DNA from: Podarcis liolepis
Taxonomy: Eukaryota
Direction: 5' to 3' (one strand)
DNA length: 64,000 nucleotides
Assembly: GCA_965112155.1 (NCBI GenBank)
Contig: OZ218098.1
This document shows, in pieces, positions 1 to 9,539 of this stretch. Each line of letters begins with the position of its first letter. Position 1 is the first letter of the stretch. Both the position numbers and the translations under genes were made by a program. Under the pieces are notes generated by a model, which saw only the letters and a program-made list of their open reading frames with translations, ran no database searches and was not told where the DNA came from.

Positions 1-1120
1 TGTAATGGTTTGTCTTAATCCTAATTACACTGCTCCAAACAAAAAACTGGTGTCTCTTGTGTGTGCTGAATTCTTCAGCAGAGACCAGGGTGCTACAGGA
101 AGGAAGGCACCCATGGTGAAGTCCTCTGTAGGTATCTAGAGCACATAGGGAAGGAAGCAAGGCTAGACTCCAGAAATAAATGGCAAGTTACATCAAACAG
201 GATGTTTCCATTTTGCTCTTTGCAAAATCCCGAGTTTTCCAGACTGGCTGTGCTCTCATTGTATTTCTTCAACCATGGGAATAGAAACACTCCTTAAACA
301 CACACTGTCTGTCTCACGTGTGCATGACCCCTGGCCTACAAGGTGCAATGGCTGTGGATGTACAAACCACGCATACTTTACTCTGCATTCGGCCTCTTTT
401 GCACACAGCTGCCACATGTGCATTCTATTAGGCAAGAAGAACAAACACCATCCCTACCAGTAAATCCATCATTTGTCTTAAGGTTCAGATCTTCCACCCC
501 AGGTCTGCACATGGGGCTCCTTTTGCAATCAGTACTTTGGACTAGGCACTCACGGTTAAGATCCCTCTAAACTTAGGCTCCCTATTCATTTTGTACTCTT
601 TGCCCATCTCTACTTTTTAATTCAGCACAAATGGCTGGGAAGTGTGTGTCCAGCCAGCTTCCTAAAATCCTTCTGCTAGGATATCAAGTGTTCTACCCAT
701 TCTCTTTAGGCAACCCACCTTCTGTTGCAGGCAACTCCCTTCAGGAAACAGAACCCTTAAAGCAGGGGTGGGGAAAGCTTTTCAGCTTGAGGGCCACATA
801 CCCTCATAAACTGTCTTCTGGGGGCCACATACCAATGATTGGTGGAACCAGAGGCCAAAGTAGATGAAGCAATTGAGTTGTAACCTTCTGCACACTTAAA
901 TTGGAAGTAAGCCAAAGTGGGACTTATTTAAGGTTACTTTTAAGCTCTCAATATCATGTAGGTTAGCCGCACCCTACCCTTTTCTAACAGTTATATTGCA
1001 TGCTGTTTTCTAATAAAGAACCTATTGAAGCTACTGCTACTACTGGGAAAATATGAACGGTTGTGTCCTATATATAAGAGCTCCAGCTTCATTTGTCTGC
1101 CTTATTCAGTTCATGGCAAC

Positions 1121-1372
1121 CAGCGCCTGTCCAATAAATTTTGCTGCCTGAGGCAAAGAACCAAATGGTGTCCCAAGTATAAAACCCAACTGGAGTAGTC
1201 TTTGGATTTTACTTCAGTAATGGCAACAGGGCAGGGTCCTCTACCATGTCTGAGGACAGCAGGCTAGCTCAGAAGATGCAGGACAGCTTGAGTGGTACAC
1301 AAACATCTTGCTGCTGCTCCCTACCACCCAGCATCCACTGCCTCAGTCTGCCTAATAGCAGGACCAGGCCTG
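1121..1372. mobile_element. hAT-type MITE
   Basis: Imperfect CAG...CTG termini flanked by ATGGCAAC (1113-1120) and GTGGCAAC (1373-1380), an 8-bp TSD with one mismatch. Confidence 0.6.
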
Positions 1373-1676
1373 GTGGCAACTTGCATCCTGCTAGTGAAGA
1401 CTACCCACCTTCAGTGGAAGGCAGAAAGGGATTCATTAGTCAATCCCAAGGTTGCCTTTTCCCAGTGTTGCTGCCATTCCAGATTTTATCAGTGGTAAGA
1501 CTGGGAAGGTGCATGTTTGGGGACACTCACAATCTACTTAGGTGATGACACAATGTCTGGATGGGCCAACTGTCCCCCTCACCAAAGGTTTACAAACCAC
1601 TAACTTAACTTGACAGGTTCCCTATCATTTTGAATGGGGCTACTCCCATTACAACCATCACGTTCTGTCTCCTTAC

Positions 1677-1850
1677 CTTTGAACAATCTCTTTAGTGGGT
1701 AAACAGACTGGATGTATATAGTTGCTGAACTCAACAGGCTTCTTCAGTAGTAACAGTGCAATGTCCCGGTCTAGATTCTCCTTCCAATTGTACTTGGGGT
1801 GAATGATGACTTTCTCTATCAACATAATTTTCTCCATGGTCCTCTCATAG
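1677..1850 (-). CDS. F2: F2 exon 11 (catalytic Asp102)
   Basis: tttcag|C...AG|gtaagg; [57 protein letters not shown]; 174 nt. Confidence 0.97.
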
Positions 1851-2603
1851 CTGAAACATTTCCCAAAAAAAGAGAGGGAAGCAATTGACATATTTAAATA
1901 TTGTCATCAGGATGCCTTCAACTTGACTACAGTTTACAATAAGCCCAAGCCAAGTAGATGGTGAAATAGGACTTCTGGAGGCTCCTTAATTGTGGCAAGG
2001 GGAAAAAAATACAGGTTGTATGTTCAGGTAATGTGTCTCCATGGGAACTAATTGCTAGGGAATTACTTTTTGATACAGGAACACTCTGGGATGTACTGGA
2101 TAGGCATGAAAGATCATAGAAGTGGGGGCATAAGCATAACCCCCTCCCCTAAGTAAGAATGATGTAATCTAGGTCTGTTTTTTTTTTTCTGGGCAAGGGA
2201 ACGAAGGAGACTACAGTTTTCAGTCAGAAAGAGCTGACTTTATGGGCTATTCAAGTTCAGAGAAATTGCCTTCATTAGAGTTGCCTCTCTCTGGAGGTCA
2301 GGCAATCAAACTGGCTTTCTGTTAGTGTGTTTACCCTAAATCTATGCTCAACCTGTATATTTGTCAATACACTTTAAAAATGCCATAACCTTCCAGAGAC
2401 CTCCATACAAAGGAAACCAAAGCTGGGTAAATGCTAAGCCCCTGGGACTTCTGACCATTTGGCATAGTGGGGCAAGCCTAAGAATGATATTTAAAATGCG
2501 CATACTTTGAATTTAGTGTGTGGATATATGACACCATGGATCCTGGAAGATTTCCCTTAACACCAAGAAGCATGGTTAGTGTTCTGCATGCCCAGAATCA
2601 ATT

Positions 2604-2808
2604 CTGACTAAACGTCAGGAAGAACTTTCTGATGGCAAGAGCTGTTTGGCAGTGGAACAGACTCCCACAAGAGGCGGTGGACTCTTTCCCTGGAGGTTTT
2701 TAAGCAGAGGTTGGATGGCCATCTGTCACAGATGCTGAGATTCCTGCATTGCAGGGGGTTGAACTAGATGACCCTCAAGGTCCCTTCCAACTCTACAATT
2801 CTAGGATT
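2604..2808 (+). mobile_element. CR1 LINE 3' end
   Basis: Typical CR1 tail ...gcagggggttgaactagatgaccctcaaggtcccttccaactctacaattct. Confidence 0.75.
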
Positions 2809-2932
2809 TTTGTCTGCGTCCCCAAATGGTTTCCCTTTTCCCATATAGAAAAGAGGCATTTATATAGAGCTCTTATGGACTATGGTCAGTATGTAATTTG
2901 AAAGATTTATAATTTCCTTTCCAATCTCTTAC

Positions 2933-3100
2933 ACCTTCCGGTCGTGTTTGCCAATCCGTACAATGATGTCGTCTTTAGTGAAATTCTTGTCCCATGGTGG
3001 GTAGAAGATGCAGTGGGCAGCAGTTAGGATCCAGCGATTACTGATGAGACTGGCTCCACATAGCAGCTCCTGGGGGCTCTTCCTGAAGAGCATCACTTGC
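2933..3100 (-). CDS. F2: F2 exon 10 (catalytic His57, 60-loop)
   Basis: ttctag|G...GT|gtaaga; [55 protein letters not shown]; 168 nt. Confidence 0.97.
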
Positions 3101-3382
3101 CTAGAACAAAATAGGCAGGGAAAGAGGGGCAAGGCTCAGCGTCTTAGCCGAAACAGCACATGACCAGAGCACAGGCTGCAGAGAACAAAACAGACTAGCA
3201 TCTTTCTACTGCACTGACAGGCCATTCTTGTGCTTCAAAGGAAGAGCGAGGCAGAAACACAAATTGCAAAAGTCTCTTCCTAGGGTTCCTGGTGCCATTT
3301 ACGGAGTTCCGAAAGGTCACCCGTCCATGCAAAAGAGTAGACAGGCATGGGAACATAAGCAAACCTCAGTTATGATGCTTAC

Positions 3383-3509
3383 CACGGGGAGCTGCCTTTT
3401 TCAGCATCGGATCCCTTCACAATTCGGCCTGCCAGATAGGAGTCCAGCAGCTCCTGCTCAGTCTTATCAGATACGTGCAGCTTCTCAAACAGAGGACGGG
3501 AACCACAGT
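3383..3509 (-). CDS. F2: F2 exon 9 (A chain, second FXa site, B-chain N-terminus)
   Basis: ttccag|AC...TG|gtaagc; [29 protein letters not shown]|[14 protein letters not shown]; 127 nt. Confidence 0.96.
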
Positions 3510-4182
3510 CTGGAAATACAGATCCATTCTTCTGTAACTACCCAGTTCTCAAATATGAACATATCTTTCATAAGCTAGCATTTCTGCTACAAGAAGATAA
3601 TAATTGGTGGTGACTAAGACATTGACCCGGAGCTGGAATTTTATCTCATCTTGTTGGAAAAGTGAATAATGGGAATTGATTTGGAGCATAGGTTCAGTCC
3701 TGGACAGTCTATATAAAATGCTGTTTTTATTCCTTTCAAAAGGTTTACATGAGTGCCAGCTAGATTATCGGACTTATGCTATTCCACCCTTAAGTTAAGG
3801 GATGCTAAACTCTGGCTGGATAGGACCATGTCTGAATGGATGGGGAGAGCATCCCCTTGTAGCCCACCTCCTGAACATTCTGGGGGATCTTCTGGTTAGA
3901 TGCTTCTGTTACAGCTCTGATCTCGCTGGGGAATGGACAGGGTCATCAACAGTATCACCCCTAAGTGCCCACTCTGGCACTGCGGAGCCTGAAACACACT
4001 TGGTTCTCCAGTGAGCTTTGGACAACGAAACAGGTCATGTGACCGCAACAGTACAAGTGGCATCTTGCACCAAGGCCAACCAAGTACAGGTCAGAGCATG
4101 TGACACCATTGTGCCCTTGGGTAGCCGTCTGGCAGAGGTGTTTTTTTGGGGTTTTTTGAGCTAGTGAATGTTGGCTGCTGTT

Positions 4183-4375
4183 AGTTAGTTAGTTAGTATA
4201 CCGTCCTTCGTTCACAATATAAAAATACAAAATGAGAACACAAAATACATAATAAACAAACCAATAAGTCCCCTCCCACAAAAACACTTAAAAGGATATA
4301 GGATGTTAATCAGCCATAGGCCTGGTTGAAAAGGAATGTTTTCGCCTGGCATCTAAAGGTGTACAAGGAAGGCTG
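4183..4375 (-). mobile_element. LINE (L2-like) 3' fragment
   Basis: (TTAG)n tail followed by ...ggaatgttttcgcctggcatctaaaggt; family assigned from recalled similarity. Confidence 0.45.
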
Positions 4376-4422
4376 TGAGTGCTTGGAAAGTTTCTGATCA
4401 ATTAAAAAGGTGCCACTGATTA

Positions 4423-6583
4423 CCGTATTTTTCGCCCCATAAGACGCACTTTTTCCTCTCCAAAAATGAAGAGGAAATCGGGGGTGCGTCTTATGGGGCG
4501 AATGCCTGCAAGCCTCGCGCCCTCGGCAGGAGGTCCCACCGGGTGTGCGAGGCTTGGGGCGGCAGCCTGTCGCCCGAAGCACGGGGAGCCCTCGGGAGGG
4601 CTCCCCCTGCTTCGGGCGAGTGTCTGCAAGCCTCGCGCACCCGGCAGGAGGTCCCACTGGGTGCGCGAGGCTTGGGGCGGCAGCGGACTTCTAGCTTCTA
4701 GGTGCGCGCAAGCAGTCCGCTGCCGCCCCAAGCCTGGCGCACCCGGCAGGGGGTGCGCGAGGCTTGGGGCGGCAGCGGACTGCTTGCGCGCACCTAGAAG
4801 CTAGCAGTCCGCTGCCGCCCCAAGCCTGGTGCACCCGCAGGAGGTCCCACCGGGTGCGCCAGGCTTGGGGCGGCAGCGGACTGCTAGCTTCTAGGTGCGC
4901 GCAAGCAGTCCGCTGCCGTCCCAAGCCTGGTGCACCCGGCAGGGGGTGCGCGAGGCTTGGGGCGGCAGCGGACTGCTTGCGCGCACCTAGAAGCTAGCAG
5001 TCCGCTGCCGCCCCAAGCCTGGCGCACCCGGTGGGACCTCCTGCCGGGTGCGCCAGGCTTGGGGCGGCAGCGGACTGCTAGCTTCTAGGTGCGCGCAAGC
5101 AGTCCGCTGCCGCCCCAAGCCTCGCGCACCGCCAGGCTTGGGGCGGCAGCGGACTGCTTGCGCACCCCCTGCCGGGTGCACCAGGCTTGGGACGGCAGCG
5201 GACTGCTTGCGCGCACCTAGAAGCTAGCAGTCCGCTGCCGCCCCAAGCCTGGCGCACCCGGTGGGACCTCCTGCGGGTGCACCAGGCTTGGGGCGGCAGC
5301 GGACTGCTAGCTTCTAGGTGCGCGCAAGCAGTCCGCTGCCGCCCCAAGCCTCGCGCACCCCCTGCCGGGTGCGCGAGGCTTGGGGCGGCAGCGGACTGCT
5401 TGCGCGCACCTAGAAGCTAGCAGTCCGCTGCCGCCCCAAGCCTGGCGCACCCGGTGGGAGGTCAGTGCCGGGTGCGCCAGGCTTGGGGCGGCAGCGGACT
5501 GCTTGCGCGCACCTAGAAGCTAGCAGTCCGCTGCCGCCCCAAGCCTGGCGCACCCGCAGGAGGTCCCACTGGGTGCGCCAGGCTTGGGGCGGCAGCGGAC
5601 TGCTTGCGCGCACCTAGAAGCTAGCAGTCCGCTGCCGCCCCAAGCCTGGCGCACCCGCAGGAGGTCCCACCGGGTGCGCCAGGCTTGGGGCGGCAGCGGA
5701 CTGCTAGCTTCTAGGTGCGCGCAAGCAGTCCGCTGCCGCCCCAAGCCTGGCGGTGCGCGAGGCTTGGGGCGGCAGCGGACTGCTTGCGCGCACCTAGAAG
5801 CTAGCAGTCCGCTGCCGCCCCAAGCCTGGCGCACCCGGCAGGAGGTCCCACCGGGTGCGCCAGGCTTGGGGCGGCAGCGGACTGCTAGCTTCTAGGTGCG
5901 CGCAAGCAGTCCCCTGCCGCCCCAAGCCTGGCGCACCCGGCAGGGGGTGCGCGAGGCTTGGGGCGGCAGCGGACTGCTTGCGCGCACCTAGAAGCTAGCA
6001 GTCCGCTGCCGCCCCAAGCCTGGCGCACCCGGCAGGAGGTCCCACCGGGTGCGCCAGGCTTGGGGCGGCAGCGGACTGCTAGCTTCTAGGTGCGCGCAAG
6101 CAGTCCCCTGCCGCCCCAAGCCTGGCGCAACCGGTGGGACCTGCTGCCGGGTGCGCCAGGCTTGGGGCGGCAGCGGACTGCTTGCGCGCACCTAGAAGCT
6201 TGGGGCGCACTGAGCTCAGCACGCCCCAAGCTCCTGGTATAGCGCAGCGATCCGCTAGCCCTGGGAGAGCCCCGCGGCTCTCCCAGGGCTAGCGGACTGC
6301 TTGCCGGCACGCAGAAGCTTGGGGCGCACTGACCTCAGCTTGCCCCAAGCTTCTGGATTAGCGCAGGAGTCCGCTAGCCCTGGGAGAGGCGCCCCGCTCT
6401 CCCACGCTAGCGGAGACCTTGCCTGCACGCAGAAGCTTGGGGCGCGCTGAGCTCCGCACGCCCCAAGCTCCTGGTGTAGCGCAGCGCACCTGGGGGGGAA
6501 ATAAATTTTTTTCCCTTTATTTCCCCCCAAAAAATCTAGGTGCGTCTTATGGGCCGGTGCGTCTTATGGGGCGAAAAATACGG
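4423..6583. mobile_element. Non-autonomous Tc2/pogo-type DNA transposon with expanded foldback interior
   Basis: Perfect 27-bp TIR CCGTATTTTTCGCCCCATAAGACGCAC (4423-4449 and 6557-6583), TA on both flanks, subterminal GTGCGTCTTATGGG copies, no transposase ORF. Confidence 0.9.
4620..6200. repeat. GC-rich array of about 32 units in alternating orientation
   Basis: Core AGCAGTCCGCTGCCGCCCCAAGCCTGGCGCACC and its reverse complement alternate almost strictly (copies counted by eye). Confidence 0.95.
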
Positions 6584-6996
6584 TATATATTCCTAATACC
6601 CCCTCCTACACACTGTGGTTAGCAGCCACTGTCTGAAAAGAGACATTTCCCTCCCCCCATTCACTCTGGAGGAATTGCCTCCTCAAAAATTATAGTCTGC
6701 TTCTTGCTTCAGCAGAACCGGGTTGAGCCATTCTCAGGCAGTGTGTGCTTGAGAAGCAGCTGGCACTGAATTGACATCAGGTTCTTTCATCAGACGGCAT
6801 CTCCCTCACCGAGGCAAGTCAGGGCCACAGGAGAAATGGGATTTCATCAGGTCCAACCCATGCCATAATTTTCCAAAAATGAGATAAACAGGAACATTCA
6901 CACCAAGTAGGAAAAAATTAGCCTGAGGAGAGTTTGGAGAGCTAACCGCTAACGGCTGCTTCAATGAAGGCAGGAAAGCAAACTGGATTCTAGAAG

Positions 6997-7151
6997 TAGA
7001 TAGGTAGCCGTGTTGGTCTGCCATAGTCAAAATAAAAAAAATTCCTTCCAGTAGCACCTTAAAGACCAACTAAGTTAGTTCTTGGTATGAGCTTTCGTGT
7101 GCATGCACACTTCTTCAGATACACGGTGCTACTGGAAGGAATTTTTTTATT
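6997..7151. mobile_element. Penelope-like retroelement terminal fragment with partial inversion
   Basis: Flanked by a 13-bp direct repeat TGGATTCTAGAAG (6984-6996 and 7152-7164); internal inverted copy of aaattccttccagtagcacc; motif gagctttcgtgtgcatgcacacttcttcaga. Confidence 0.7.
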
Positions 7152-7349
7152 TGGATTCTAGAAGACCCTGTTTGCTTTTCTGCCTTTGACCACAAGGTGG
7201 AGCCAGTAACCACAATCAGCAAGAAGAGAAACCATTCCAGCCCCAGTATTAAAAAAGGGTCCTATTATTCAGCAATGTGTTGTACCAAGAAGTTGTGGCT
7301 TAATTAATTGTTATTTTTATTTCTTTTGACTTTATCTTGGCCCTCTCAC

Positions 7350-7460
7350 CTGCTTCGCCTTGACCAAACGTCTTAGGATCAAAGAAGGTTTTGTGTTCTT
7401 GGACAGTAGTCCGGCCTGCTCTTTGCTCATCCTCATAATCGAAATCATCCACAAAACTTT
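7350..7460 (-). CDS. F2: F2 exon 8 (linker with first FXa site, start of A chain)
   Basis: tttcag|AA...G|gtgaga; SFVDDFDYEDEQRAGR|TTVQEHKTFFDPKTFGQGEA; 111 nt. Confidence 0.94.
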
Positions 7461-7920
7461 CTGAAAGAGAAGACCAGGGCGGAGAAGAACTTAATTCACA
7501 GAAGAGTCAGTCTCCTCATTCCTGCTAAATCTACTTTCTACAATGGCCAGATACAAGCAGGGGCAGGGGGCTATCTTCAGGATACTTATGTGTGTGTGTG
7601 GGGGGGGTGTTCAGCAGGTGTTGACTCTATGGCCATCTCCTGTTCTACAACAGGGGTAGGCAGAAGAAAGATTGGGATCTGTGGGGAGGTCTTGGGGTGA
7701 TTCGCAATCTCACTCCCAGTTGTCTAACAATAGCAATAACTTAAGCTTCCCATGCCATGTTCTAAAAGGATGAAAAAGAGTGATTGGGTGAAAACCCAGA
7801 GCAGGTTTTGGGTTCTGTTTACTGATCACGACTTCCTAGGCTCAGCATGCGTTCTTAGCATATGTCTGCCTGGCTGGGACATTATTTTGCACTTGGCTCT
7901 GGCTGGTGGACCTCAGGGTT

Positions 7921-7924
<4 letters not shown>

Positions 7925-7950
<26 letters not shown>
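7925..7950. repeat. (CA)n microsatellite
   Basis: Direct read. Confidence 0.9.
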
Positions 7951-7951
<1 letters not shown>

Positions 7952-8251
7952 TGGTAGATCCTGCAAGCCTGCAATCTGCCCATCGCAGCTCTACATAACC
8001 ATGAAAAGGCACAAGAGCCCTGCCTTCTGCTCTTCCTGGCCACCCTATCTACTTCCTACCTGCAGGCCACCAGAGAAAGCGATTAAGTGAGTGGAAGCCC
8101 ATCAAATCCACGTGAAGCTCTCAACACGTGCACACCAATACCAGCATGCATACATGACTCCCAGCATGCACCTGGCTCTCCCACATAAACCATCCTCCCG
8201 TCTCATCTTAAGAAACTCCTCTTTACCACCCGTCTCTTTCAGGCTCCTTAC

Positions 8252-8557
8252 CGCAGTAGTTCAAGTCACAATAGTCAAAGGTCACGTTAGGATGGTTGAT
8301 GTAGCACCAGACGCCTTCGTCGTCCTCATCAGGGTTGCGGCAATAATTCTGCACCAGGTTAGGGTTGCCATGGAAGGGTTTCCCGTGGCTCATCGCTCTC
8401 GCTTGTTCAGAGGCCCATGGCAAGCACTGGGCCCCGGAAAGGGTGACGGAGAGGGTCCCCGTATACTGCAGCCCCTTGTTCGGCACACAAGGCCCTTGCT
8501 TCTTCTGCTCTTGCCCTGGGGTCCTTGGGGAAATTGGAACCGAGGTCCGGTTCTCAC
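8252..8557 (-). CDS. F2: F2 exon 7 (linker and kringle 2)
   Basis: tttcag|GT...G|gtaagg; ENRTSVPISPR|T...CVPNKGLQYTG...NYCRNPDEDDEGVWCY...CDLNYC; 306 nt. Confidence 0.96.
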
Positions 8558-8779
8558 CTGAAAAACGAGGAGCAAGGGAACCATGACCATCGTTTTGTTT
8601 AAGAAGTTCTCCTTCACCGTATCTAAAGTGGTTTTAGAAGGGAAGCTGTGCACATATGCCTGGAATTGAAAGGAGGGACCTAATCAAACTCTACTTCAGA
8701 CATCTTTAGGCAGCCCTGTTTAAGGAAGTTTTTAATGTTGGATGCTTTATCGTGTTGGGAGCCGCCCAGAGTGGCTGGG

Positions 8780-9285
8780 TGTCAGGGACTGTGCTGAGGA
8801 AGGCTGCACTGAGGAGGAATGGTGGGAGCCTCCCCCTCCCCCTGCTCCTGGATCATCCCAGGAGCAGGAGGAGAGTATAGATTTGGAACAGTGGTTTGCA
8901 GAGGGACATAGTTCAGAAGGCAGAAGCTGGGAAATACTGGATGGGGAACAGCTAGGAGAGGAAACACTGAAAGAGAGAGAGTTAACAGACTCCCTTTCAC
9001 TGGAAAGCGTCCATCCACTCAGCCCAAGGTCAAGGAGAGCAGATAAGGTGGCTGCTCAGAAAGCACAGTGTTTGCAAGATCAGGTTGCGAGATGCGTTGA
9101 CGTGGGTGACTGGGGGGAAGTGGGTAGAACCCTTAATTGGGAGCACCTTATTTCCTGGAAATGGATTCTTTGTTCTCTCACTGTGATCATTAAAAATTAT
9201 AACTGGCAAGCGACTCCTTTCGCTTTGTTCCGCTTATCTACTGCCAAAGGGGGGGAGGGGGAAGCTGAGTCCCTGAAGCCTGACA
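8780..9285 (+). mobile_element. Solo LTR (Gypsy-like), 506 bp, inserted into a LINE 3' tail
   Basis: TGTCAGG...CCTGACA termini, 5-bp TSD CTGGG (8775-8779 and 9286-9290); removing it restores gccgcccagagtggctggggaaacccagccagatggg. Confidence 0.85.
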
Positions 9286-9402
9286 CTGGGGAAACCCAGC
9301 CAGATGGGCAGAGTATAAATAATAAATTATTATTGTTACCACTACTACTACTTTTACTATTATTATTATTATTAAACCTGGAGCATCAGCACTGAGACTC
9401 AC

Positions 9403-9539
9403 CACACACAGGCACAGCACACTCTTCTGCACGCACGACTGGGTTTCGGGTGTAGCACCAGGGACCCCTTGTGTTGTTGTTTGGATTCCTGCAGTAGTTT
9501 TCAGTGAGGTTGGCACCTGGATGGCTTGTCGTGTTGAAG
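9403..9539 (-). CDS. F2: F2 exon 6 (kringle 1, second half)
   Basis: ttttag|C...G|gtgagt; [45 protein letters not shown]; 137 nt. Confidence 0.96.

Noticed and set aside
1-1676. F2 exons 12-14
   Set aside because: No GYKGRVTGWG or GDSGGP coding sequence seen on the minus strand; presumed outside the window.
4620-6200. CRISPR-like repeat-spacer appearance and many 60-110 aa ORFs
   Set aside because: Spacers are recurrent rather than unique, units alternate in orientation, there are no cas genes and the context is a vertebrate intron. The ORFs are by-products of a stop-poor GC-rich repeat.
8091-8561. 156-aa plus-strand ORF
   Set aside because: Antisense shadow of F2 exon 7.
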